A DNA stretch of 64,000 bases, taken from assembly GCA_964019335.1 (NCBI GenBank), contig OZ025719.1:1-64000 (forward strand). The letters run 5' to 3'. Shown here piece by piece: positions 43,372 through 52,208 of this stretch (the stretch's first letter is position 1; each line of letters opens with the position of its first letter). Under the pieces are notes generated by a model. The model was not told where the DNA came from. It saw only the letters and a program-made list of their open reading frames with translations, and did no database searches. A program made the position numbers and the translations under genes. Source of the stretch: Diplonema japonicum. Taxonomy: Eukaryota > Protista > Euglenozoa: Diplonemea.

Positions 43372-44049
43372 ATGAAAGGTGTACAATGCCCGTTGTGCCA
43401 CGCGGTGACTATGGAGGCGCAGCACATCTGTGTAGTAGCGGGGTCAGTGCGTAAGGCATCGATGGAAAGCTGCTGCGGGGCAAGCAGCAGTGGAGGAAGC
43501 ATGCTGAGCGTATCCTTCTCAGAAGCTAGCGATGACGTTAAGTATTTCAACAGGATGGAAGGCGAGGTGATGACAGAAATTGTGGTGGGTGAAAGGGTGA
43601 GAGTGAACACCGCACTAGCTGGTCCGTCCAAACAAGAAGTACTACCGGGTGAGGTGGGAAGGGTAATGAGGGTGTACCCATGTGGGCTTATAGAGGTAAT
43701 GACGGACAGCAGTGTGTCGTGTTTTGCAGAACCAGTTGATCTCAGTTCACTAGGACACCTGTCCGTTCGGCAGAGTGTGCTGACAACTGTACCGCTGCTC
43801 CTCTCTTCTGCGTCTCTTCAGCTCAAAATGGCATCATCCTCCCCAGCAACCATTACCTCTATCGCACCTTCAGGGCAGTCCGTCAGTATCCAGTTTGAAT
43901 CAGGCCCGCGGTGCGATATTTCGCCAACTCATCTTATCCCGCAGAACCCTGAGCCACCTGTGGAACTTGTTGAGAAGAAACAGTCCGTCACCGTTCGGGC
44001 AAAATTGCTGAAGTATAAAAACAGCCTCATGGCAAAGATCAGAAAGTGA
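43372..44049 (+). CDS. Hypothetical protein (N-terminal C2HC zinc-finger-like motif, SH3/KOW-like repeats)
   Basis: CPLC...HIC and VGERVRV...GEVGRV; ORF sits between A and T tracts. Confidence 0.65.
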   Translation: MKGVQCPLCHAVTMEAQHICVVAGSVRKASMESCCGASSSGGSMLSVSFSEASDDVKYFNRMEGEVMTEIVVGERVRVNTALAGPSKQEVLPGEVGRVMRVYPCGLIEVMTDSSVSCFAEPVDLSSLGHLSVRQSVLTTVPLLLSSASLQLKMASSSPATITSIAPSGQSVSIQFESGPRCDISPTHLIPQNPEPPVELVEKKQSVTVRAKLLKYKNSLMAKIRK

Positions 44050-44296
44050 GTTGAGTCTCACATCTTTCTTTCTTTTTTTTTCTTTTTTTTTTTTAAAATC
44101 GAGAATCCTCGAGATCTTTTTTATTTTTTTTATTTTGTTGTTCTTCTTTAAAAAAAAAAAAAAAAAAAAAAACTATCTGTCTGGCATCCTTGTACTTTTT
44201 TTTTGTTTTTTTTTTTTTTTTTTTTTTTTTGTATTCTTTTTTTTATCCTTCCCCCCACCCCCTTTTCACCCTTAAAAAGAGTGGAAGGGGGGGAAG

Positions 44297-44478
44297 ACTC
44301 AGAATTCATGTCCTCCTCATGTAAGAATATCTCAGGAACCCCCTATTGGTCCGTTCAGTGCTAATAGGATTGTCAGCCCCGGGGCTGAACAGCGTCTCCA
44401 AACCTACTCAAGGTTTTTCTTTTGAGGAACAGAAAATTCTGGGGGGAGAAAAAAAAGGGATGCGTGAAATTCTGAGTT
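44297..44478. repeat. Short inverted-repeat element
   Basis: ACTCAGAATT/AATTCTGAGT ends with an internal palindrome CAGCCCCGGGGCTG. Confidence 0.35.
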
Positions 44479-45684
44479 AACTAATTGGAAAAGAAAGAAA
44501 AGGGAAAAAAAAAGCCCCCCCCCTTTACTCCACTTTTTTTTTTGTTTTAAAGCCCCCCCGCTTCTGACCCTCTCTTTCCCCTTCTCCGAAAAAAAATTTT
44601 TTTCCCTCTGTTTTACTGTATTTGGACCTCATATGGAATGGAGAATATTCAATAATTGATTTCCAAGAATACCGATTTGGAGCTTTTTTTTTCACCCACG
44701 TGGCGTTGACTCTTGGCTGGTCTTTGCAAAGGCGGCCTTTAATTGTGTAGTACCAAACGGTTAACAATCTGATTTTTTTTTTTAATTTTTATTTTGGAAC
44801 AATTTTTTCCCCCCCCAGATTTTTGGAACTTTTTCCCGTTTCATATTAAAGTCCACATCACGGTAACAAAAAAAAAAATTAGAAAGCTGAGTCCTGCAAC
44901 GTGGGAGGCTTTTATTCACCATGAGCCGTTGTTTATATTACCCCCCCCCCCTTTTTTTTCACGGCCTTCGTGGGGGGGAGAGGAAGGAAGAGGGGGAGGG
45001 CACTAAGGAAGTGAGAGGGGGGTTTTTTTTTCTTCTGTTTTTCGTCCCGTTTTTTTTTTTTTTTTTTTTTTCTAAACTGAACTCAAAAAAAAAAAAGGAA
45101 AGCAAAGGATAACAGTACCCAAGCTACTCTGTAGCTGGCATTTTTGATCCCTTTGTGCTGGAAAAAAAAAAAAAGAATTCAGCTTTTAATAGCTGAATAT
45201 CTATCATGCCATCTTATGTATCTTAAAAGGCTCAAAACCACTACAAGTGTATGAACAAGCAAAATATTTCGTCCTGGAAAAAAAAAAAAAAAAAAAAGAA
45301 AAAAAGCCCTTGTTACAACTATGTGTGGATTATGTGTCTAAAACTATATTTTTTTTTCTTCTTGTGTATATTCCACACCCAGCAGAAACTAGACTGGGCA
45401 TGTGGTGTGAAGTGTTTTATGTGGTTCTTTATTAAACTATTATCCTTCCCCTCCCGGCTACTGTCTACCCCTCCATGTACTTCGGCCTGTGGAACCTCAA
45501 TGGGCCTGCTAAAGCGTGAGGGATTATATGATTCCGTTTTTCTTTTTCTTTTTTCTCTTTCAAAAAAAAAAAAAAAAACAGTTGTAGGGTATCAAGGTTG
45601 AAGAAAAAGGGGGGGAAGAAAAGGAGGAAGAAGAAAAAAAGCTGTCTCAGTGGCGGAAGTAAAGTTTTTTTTTCCTTTTTTTTT

Positions 45685-45852
45685 CCGGTTCATCTCAGGT
45701 CCTGGGGGGGGTGGCATCGACACGTCACATTTTCTTCTTTTTTTCTTTCAACGGGGTGACACGTCATATTCTTTAGGGCTACGCTACAAGTGACGGAAGA
45801 GCACAGCCAAGCAGAGGTCCACGCCTACTGGCCGCCTTAAGAGATGAACTGG
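45685..45852. repeat. Short inverted-repeat element
   Basis: CCGGTTCATCTC/GAGATGAACTGG (one mismatch), extended by T and A runs. Confidence 0.35.
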
Positions 45853-46377
45853 AAAAAAAAAAAAAAAAAAAAAAAAACTTTTTTCCCCCCTTCACACAGG
45901 TGATTATACATTACATACAGAAACAAAAACAAAACAAAAAAAAAAAGTAGGCTTACCTCCTTCTATCTTTGGAGGGGCATTTCTTTGGTTTTTTTTTTTT
46001 TCCTCTTTTTTTTTTTCTTTGCTTGAACGCAAAATACAAAGACCAGAACATCGCCTGCATAATTAGAGTTCTTCCCCATTTCCTGCCCCATTTTTTTTAG
46101 CCTTTTTTTCGAAGAAGAAAAAAAGAAAGCCGGTCATTCCCCCCTCCCTTTTTTTTCGTTCTTGAATGAGAAAAAAAGGGGGGGGGGGGAGGCTGGTGTG
46201 AAATAAATGAAACATTAACAAACAAAAAGAAAGTGTACTAGTAGGAACTAGTATTCAAACGCAAAAAAAATGCAAAAAAAAAAAACAAAAAAAAAATGAA
46301 TGAACATAAACTCCCACCTGTTTTTTATGGGTGCCTAGCGTTCTTTTTTTCGTTTTCTTTTTTTTTTTTTTTTTTAA

Positions 46378-46696
46378 GGTGGTGGGGATAACATGGAAAT
46401 ATAAGAAGTACATCAGATGTGTTGTTCGCTGTTGACCTCCTCGTCGGTCATCACCGATAGCGCCCGAGTGGAAGAACGTATCGCAGATGCTCAGGCGAAC
46501 AGGCAGCAAACTGCACGAGCGCAGAATCTTGGTTACCCGGGACGCCCCGGCTAGGGTTGAGCACACCGCATGCATTAAGGACACGACGCGGAACGCAGAA
46601 GAAGCTACTGCTCGGCCGAGGAGCGCCCCCTGTAATCAAGTAGGTAGTTCGTGCTTCATTGCACGCTTAACGCCACCTAGTGTTGCAATCAAAGCC

Positions 46697-46699
<3 letters not shown>
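46378..46699 (+). mobile_element. Ribozyme-SINE copy 5 (P1.1 GG>GA, small P4 deletion, tail type a)
   Basis: Near-identical to 51229-51557; T runs on both sides. Confidence 0.9.
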
Positions 46700-46728
<29 letters not shown>

Positions 46729-47529
46729 GGTGGGGCTGGTCGTTGCGAAGTAGTAGCGGTACCACCATTGTTTTCTTTTTCTTCCGACTTTTTGCGGGGG
46801 GTGAAGAGGGAAAGAAAAAAAGAAAAAAGTTTTTTCTTTTTCTTCTTTCTTTATTCTTCTACCCCCCCCCCCCCTCTCCCCCTTCCTTTTTCTTATCTTT
46901 TCTTATTCTTCGTACTTCCTCCCTTGTTTTTCTTCTTCTTTCCTTTTTTTTTTTTTTTTTTTCCTGCGCATCCCATCTCTAAAACGGGAACGAAAGTACT
47001 GCAAAATAATGAAAACTCCTAGACCGATTGGAGCAGGACTACTAATTTCAGAGAATTCGTTTTTTTTAATAAAAAATTCGTCGGCCTTTGAAAGATTTCT
47101 CTCCTTAGAGCCTTTCGGACTTTGCTTAACAAGTTTAGAGATGCGGGGCGTTTCTTTCTATTTGGGGGAAAAAATTAAACAAATATGTGATTATTTCCCT
47201 TCCACCCCCTCTCCCTCCTCCCTTCCACCCATTCATAAGAGCGGGGGAGAAGAAGGGGGGGGGGGGGGGGGACAGGTTTTTATTTTTATTTTTTTTATAT
47301 TCTTCCACAGGGCTTTCTGATCAAGTGTCCCAACGGCGAAGAGGGAGGGGAGGAGGAAAGGGAAGAAAAATAAAAAAAAGAAATCCCTTTGTGCTGAAAA
47401 AAAAAAGTCCCTAGGCTTCTATAGAGGGTCAATCTTTTTTTTAAACTTTTTTTTTCCCCCACCACCCTCCTCCGAGAGTAAAGAAAACGAAACACGAATT
47501 TTTTTTCTTTTTTTTTTTAAACTTCACTG

Positions 47530-47561
<32 letters not shown>

Positions 47562-47695
47562 GCTTTTATTTTTTTTATTTTATTTTTTTTTTATAAATAT
47601 TTTATAATTGAAAAGCAAAAGGTCAAAAATAATATAAAAAAAAAATCAAAAAGAAATCTCCAGGAAGAGGGGGAAAAAAAAAAAAAAAAAGAAAA

Positions 47696-49504
47696 ATGCG
47701 ACGCTCCGGGATACAACTAGCGAAAAAAAACCGCGAAAACCCATGGAAGATGCTGGGGGGCTCGCTTAAGGGTTTGAACGCGGAGCTACACATGGGCCTG
47801 TTCGAGCTGCAGGGGAAGAACGCTGAGAAAATATGGGGAAGCAAAGAGAATATCGACCGCGCTGTGAAGATGGGAGGCGTCATTGAAGAGTACGGAAGGG
47901 CAACCCTCGCACCCATTGAAAGATGCAGGCTGTGGGAGAGGTTTAGAAAAGACATGGAGAATCGGATAAAAATTGTTATGAAAGATCCCAACGCCAGGGT
48001 TTTGATGATGGGGGGTGTTGCACAAGGAATGGCAACAGTTGACGGCGATGTAGATTTAAGCATCTTCCTCCCTTCACACATCAAAAAACTCGGGTCCGAA
48101 CGTGCGTACGTCCGATCCACACTCCACCTTATAGGCCGCGACCTCCGACAACACGGATTCGATGGTTTCGTTGTCCCAGCCCGCGTTCCCATTATTCAGT
48201 ACCGCCCAAACCCAGACATCGAAAAGTTGTACTCATACGAGGGCGCTGACAAAATATTCAGGCTTCTAACATTCAAAACAGAGGTAACAGAGGCAGAAGC
48301 GGAGAAAATTGTTCAAAATCTAACAGATTTTCTCCAGGTGCCTATTAATCTTCACGACTCTGAAGCATTCGGACTGGTCATGGAGTTTCCTCAGGCAGCT
48401 GACGCGTACGCGGCTATGTTCCATCATCACAAGAAATTTTCATTCCCAGCCGTCACCCCTGGTACGGGGAAGAGTAGAATGGCGGAGGCGATCTTTTCAA
48501 AAATGAACCCGCCGGCCAACCATGGTTCAAAAACCGCAGAACAAAGTACCCCGCAGCCCGTGAAGAAGCAGGGTATAGTAACCATCGATGACATATTGAA
48601 AACAGCGTCGAAAGGAACGCCGATTTCAAGCGGTGCTTTCACACCGTACCCGTTCTCGGTTGATATCAGTGTGTCCATCACTGAGCACCCATGGGGACCG
48701 AGGAACAGCGAACTTCTTCGGAGATACCTTTCTGCTGACACCCGTGTGCGGACGTTGGCGATGTTCGTGAAATGGTGGTCTAAACACTCCACACCGGTAG
48801 CCATCAACAACAGCAGGTCGGGTTGGCTTACTTCCTACTGTGTCCTTGCTATGCTGATCCACTTCTTGATTCAGGAGAAGCGATTAGAGTTTATTGACCC
48901 TGCCACTATCAACCCAGTCCTCGAGGCGGATACTAGGTATCCCGAAAACCGTTTGCTCACAGATGCCGACAAACTGCAGCTCGTGCGGGATTTCATGAAG
49001 TTCTGTGAGTACTACGCCACAGGGTTTGACTACAAGACCAATGTCATCTCGCTTGTCACCGGCAAGGTTAAAACTCGTGAGGAATGCACCTCCAAGGTGA
49101 TGTCTGCAAGGAACACCGATATTATCATTGAGGACCCTTATGAGGACAGGTCCTTAGGCCACCCGATTGACGCCAACATGCTGTTGAAAATCAGAGCAAC
49201 CTTCCTTGCTGGTGCAAAATCGTGTGTCAGCAATATCACGGCGGAGAAGCCGGACGTGGCATTGTCTCGGTTCGCGAAGGAGCTGAAGGCCAAGGGTCCG
49301 CAGATTTTCAAGCAGTATTACAATTTGAAGCCTTCTGCTGACGGTGGGGGGTGCTCGTTGTGTGCCGTGGAGAAGGTTGCAAAGGGATCGAAACACAACG
49401 CTTGCAAGAAATGCGAGAATGCCCTTCAAGCTGCAAAGCAGCCGCTGGAGTTCTTTTCGATGCGGTCAGGAGAACAGGCCGAGATAGAGGTATCAAGAAT
49501 TTAA
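47696..49504 (+). CDS. Terminal uridylyltransferase / non-canonical poly(A) polymerase, RET1/RET2-like architecture, probably mitochondrial
   Basis: MGG..QG....GDVDLS, ARVPII, inserted middle domain, VDIS, GPRNSELLRRY, VKWWSK, GWLTSY and IIIEDPY motifs; N-terminal MRR presequence-like start. Confidence 0.85.
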   Translation: MRRSGIQLAKKNRENPWKMLGGSLKGLNAELHMGLFELQGKNAEKIWGSKENIDRAVKMGGVIEEYGRATLAPIERCRLWERFRKDMENRIKIVMKDPNARVLMMGGVAQGMATVDGDVDLSIFLPSHIKKLGSERAYVRSTLHLIGRDLRQHGFDGFVVPARVPIIQYRPNPDIEKLYSYEGADKIFRLLTFKTEVTEAEAEKIVQNLTDFLQVPINLHDSEAFGLVMEFPQAADAYAAMFHHHKKFSFPAVTPGTGKSRMAEAIFSKMNPPANHGSKTAEQSTPQPVKKQGIVTIDDILKTASKGTPISSGAFTPYPFSVDISVSITEHPWGPRNSELLRRYLSADTRVRTLAMFVKWWSKHSTPVAINNSRSGWLTSYCVLAMLIHFLIQEKRLEFIDPATINPVLEADTRYPENRLLTDADKLQLVRDFMKFCEYYATGFDYKTNVISLVTGKVKTREECTSKVMSARNTDIIIEDPYEDRSLGHPIDANMLLKIRATFLAGAKSCVSNITAEKPDVALSRFAKELKAKGPQIFKQYYNLKPSADGGGCSLCAVEKVAKGSKHNACKKCENALQAAKQPLEFFSMRSGEQAEIEVSRI

Positions 49505-50004
49505 AAAAAAAAAAAGAAAAAAAAAAAAAACATAATAGGCCGAGGTTCACATCAGAGAACAAAAGAAACAGGAACGGGCTCTCAGAGAGCAGCAATTTCT
49601 CGAGCGCAATCACAAGGTACGTTAATAAATAAATAAAAAACAAGGTGGGAGGGGGAAATGATACAAACTCACAGAGAGGAAGAAGATTGAAAAACTGAGT
49701 TTTTTCCGCTGACGAATGCCCCCCTTGTTTATGCCCCCCCTTTTTTTTCCTTTTCTCCTCCCCTTCCCTAAAGGAGGCTCCCCCTTGTTTATGTCGGAGC
49801 AAGTGATCAGCTGACAGTAACCTGTACGTGGAGCGTGCAAGAAATCGATATGCCCCCCACCCCCCCCTTTTTTTTCCTGGAAAATTTTCATAAATATTTT
49901 CAAAAAAAAAAGAGAAAAAAAAAAAAAAAGCCATCATTCACACAGCAAGGGCGTGTTACATTTACAAAAAAAAAAAAAAAAAGAGAGGGGAAAAAAAAAA
50001 AAAA

Positions 50005-50892
50005 ATGTCAGGAGGAGAAACAGTAAAAGCAGCTTCGCCCCCTAACGTAGAGGAGCTGTTTACAAAGGTAAAATGCGAATCTGGCAACAGCGGTCTGACA
50101 CTCGATGAGTATGCGTTGGCCGTGCACGCTGTTCTCCTCAAGGAAGGCTACGAGCCTACAGACAAAGAACACAAAACCCTGGACCACAACAAAACGATCC
50201 CCGAGAACTGGAAAACCAGCGAAGAAACCTATTGCTTCCACTACAGGCACGAAAGGTCCTGCCTCAAGTACATTGTTAAGATAATATCCATCGGAGGGAA
50301 AGTGGTGGCCCTGCTGGCAGACGACCAGGAAACCAGCAAGGTCACGCAGGCTGTCTACCCTTTAAAACCCACTTGCAACCTAGCAGACGTGACCTCAGCA
50401 TCTGTGACACTCACTCTCCCCTTTGGTGTGCCGACACCCCACGCACCGCCTCAGGTGAACCAGCCTGTTTTCTTTAAACCAGCTGTTCCTACCCAAACCC
50501 CAATTTACCGCCAGCCTGAGTCCCGCGACCCTTTGCGTGACTATGGTCGTGGTGACCTTACTCCTGGTGGCGGTCCTGGGGGGAACTTAATGGGCCCAGA
50601 AGCTTTTAGGGGAGACCCTCGGGACAGGTACGGGGCGTTAGGGCCGGATGGTAATGTATGTTTGAAATGGGAAAAAAAAAGGAAAAAAAAAAAAAAAAAA
50701 AAAACACAGTTCTACCCGCCACCTAATGGTGCTCGCTTCGACCCTATTGCGCCCCATTCTTCATTCGGGGGTGAGCCGGACAATGATTTGACACCTTACA
50801 TGATGCCAGGTGCGAATAATCCTCCAGGGTTTAAACCGTTTGGGTTCGGTGGTGGTGGTGGTGGTGGTGGCCCCCCCGGGATGTTCATGTGA
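50005..50892 (+). CDS. PSMF1: Proteasome inhibitor PI31-like protein (intron 50656-50709)
   Basis: FP domain (VHAVLL, IPENW, YCFHYRH), GRGDLTP, GGNLMGP, PNGARFDPIAP, GEPDND and a C-terminal MFM. Confidence 0.88.
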   Translation: MSGGETVKAASPPNVEELFTKVKCESGNSGLTLDEYALAVHAVLLKEGYEPTDKEHKTLDHNKTIPENWKTSEETYCFHYRHERSCLKYIVKIISIGGKVVALLADDQETSKVTQAVYPLKPTCNLADVTSASVTLTLPFGVPTPHAPPQVNQPVFFKPAVPTQTPIYRQPESRDPLRDYGRGDLTPGGGPGGNLMGPEAFRGDPRDRYGALGPDGNVCLKWEKKRKKKKKKKTQFYPPPNGARFDPIAPHSSFGGEPDNDLTPYMMPGANNPPGFKPFGFGGGGGGGGPPGMFM

Positions 50893-50919
50893 AACCGGGA
50901 TTTTTTTTTTTAGTCTGGT

Positions 50920-51214
50920 GGTGGTGGGGATAACATGAAAATATAAGAAAAACATCAGATGTGTTGTTCGCTGTTGACCTCCTTGTCGGTCATCACCGTT
51001 GAACGTAACGCAGATGCTCAGGGTGACGAACAGGCAGTAAACTGCGCGAGCGCAGAATCTTGGTTACCGGGTCGCCCCGGCTTGGGTTGAGCTGCACACT
51101 GCATGCATTAAGGACACAACGAGGAACGCAGAAGAAGCTACAACTCGGCCGCGGTGAGTACGACAGTTCTTGTGCAGGGCGCCGCCAACACCGGCCTCCT
51201 TTAACTCTTATATA
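50920..51214 (+). mobile_element. Ribozyme-SINE copy 6 (P1.1/P4 damaged, tail type b)
   Basis: Colinear with copy 7; deletion after CATCACCG. Confidence 0.9.
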
Positions 51215-51228
51215 TTTTTATTGGTTAA

Positions 51229-51362
51229 GGTGGTGGGGATAACATGTAAATATAAGAAGTACATCAGATGTGTTGTTCGCTGTTGACCTCCTCGTCGGTC
51301 ATCACCGGTAGCGCCCGAGTGGAAGAACGTAACGCAGATGCTCAGGGTGACGAACAGGCAGC
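51229..51362 (+). ncRNA. HDV-like self-cleaving ribozyme
   Basis: P1 51229-35/51300-06; P2 51279-85/51355-62; P3 51286-88/51297-99; L3 TCCTCGTC 51289-96; P1.1 GG 51307-08; P4 51312-20/51340-49; catalytic-C equivalent at 51351 in CGAA. Confidence 0.82.
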
Positions 51363-51557
51363 AAACCGCACGAGCGCAGAATCTTGGTTACCCGGGACGC
51401 CCCGGCTGGGGTTGAGCTGTACACCGCACGCATTAAGGACACGACGCGGAACGCAGAAGAAGCTACTGCTCGGCCGAGGAGCGCCCCCTGTAATCAAGTA
51501 GGTAGTTCGTGCTTCATTGCACGCTTAACGCCACCTAGTGTTGCAATCAAAGCCCCA
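51229..51557 (+). mobile_element. Ribozyme-SINE copy 7 (intact, tail type a)
   Basis: Most complete copy, in tandem with copy 6; ends AAAGCCCCA followed by a T-rich run. Confidence 0.92.
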
Positions 51558-51629
51558 TTTATTTTTATTTTTCTTCCTTGCCTGATTCCTGCCGTATTTT
51601 TATTTTTTATTTTATTTTTATTTTTAAAG

Positions 51630-52038
51630 TACCCTTTTCGTCATTTGAGTCACTCACTGTACAGGACCGTTTGAAAGGAGTTCGATTTCGGGAAAATTGA
51701 ATCCTTTTTTTTTTTCTTCTTTTTTTTACTCACGTGCAATAGCGACCCATTATTACACTCCCATGCAATGATGAACCCGAATAATATTCACCAGTGCACA
51801 AAAAAAAAATAATAAAAAAAAAAAATAAAAAAAAGATCTTTATGACTATGTCTTTGTTGTTCGCACGAGTAAAAAAAAACTTTTTAAAAAGCTGCGAAAG
51901 TTTTTTGCTCGGCACATTGCATATAGTTATAAAATCATTTTTTTTTTTGAAGATAAATATTTGTAACGGAAAAAGAAAAAAAGAGAGAAAAAGAAAAAAA
52001 AGATCATTATATTGAGTGAGGAAAGTGACGAGGGGTGT
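51630..52038. mobile_element. Degenerate MITE of the 3528-3960 family, containing a minus-strand AT foldback repeat (51833-51966)
   Basis: TTCGTCATTTGAGTCACTCACT is identical to 3541-3562; right end TGAGTGAGGAAAGTGACGAGGGGTG resembles 3928-3952. Confidence 0.6.
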
Positions 52039-52208
52039 GTTTAAAAGAAAAAAAAAATTTACATCGACACTTTAAATAATTCAGAAAATACGGTAGATTG
52101 AAATTTGTTTTATTTCCCCCCCCTCATACCCCACGCTTATTTCCTTCATCTAGAGTGGGAAAGGGAGGGGAAATTAACAACAAAAAAAAAAAACCCACAA
52201 TAAAAAAA

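Noticed and set aside
46378-46699. SINE read on the minus strand with a poly(A) tail
   Set aside because: The HDV-like fold and cleavage-site boundary work only on the + strand
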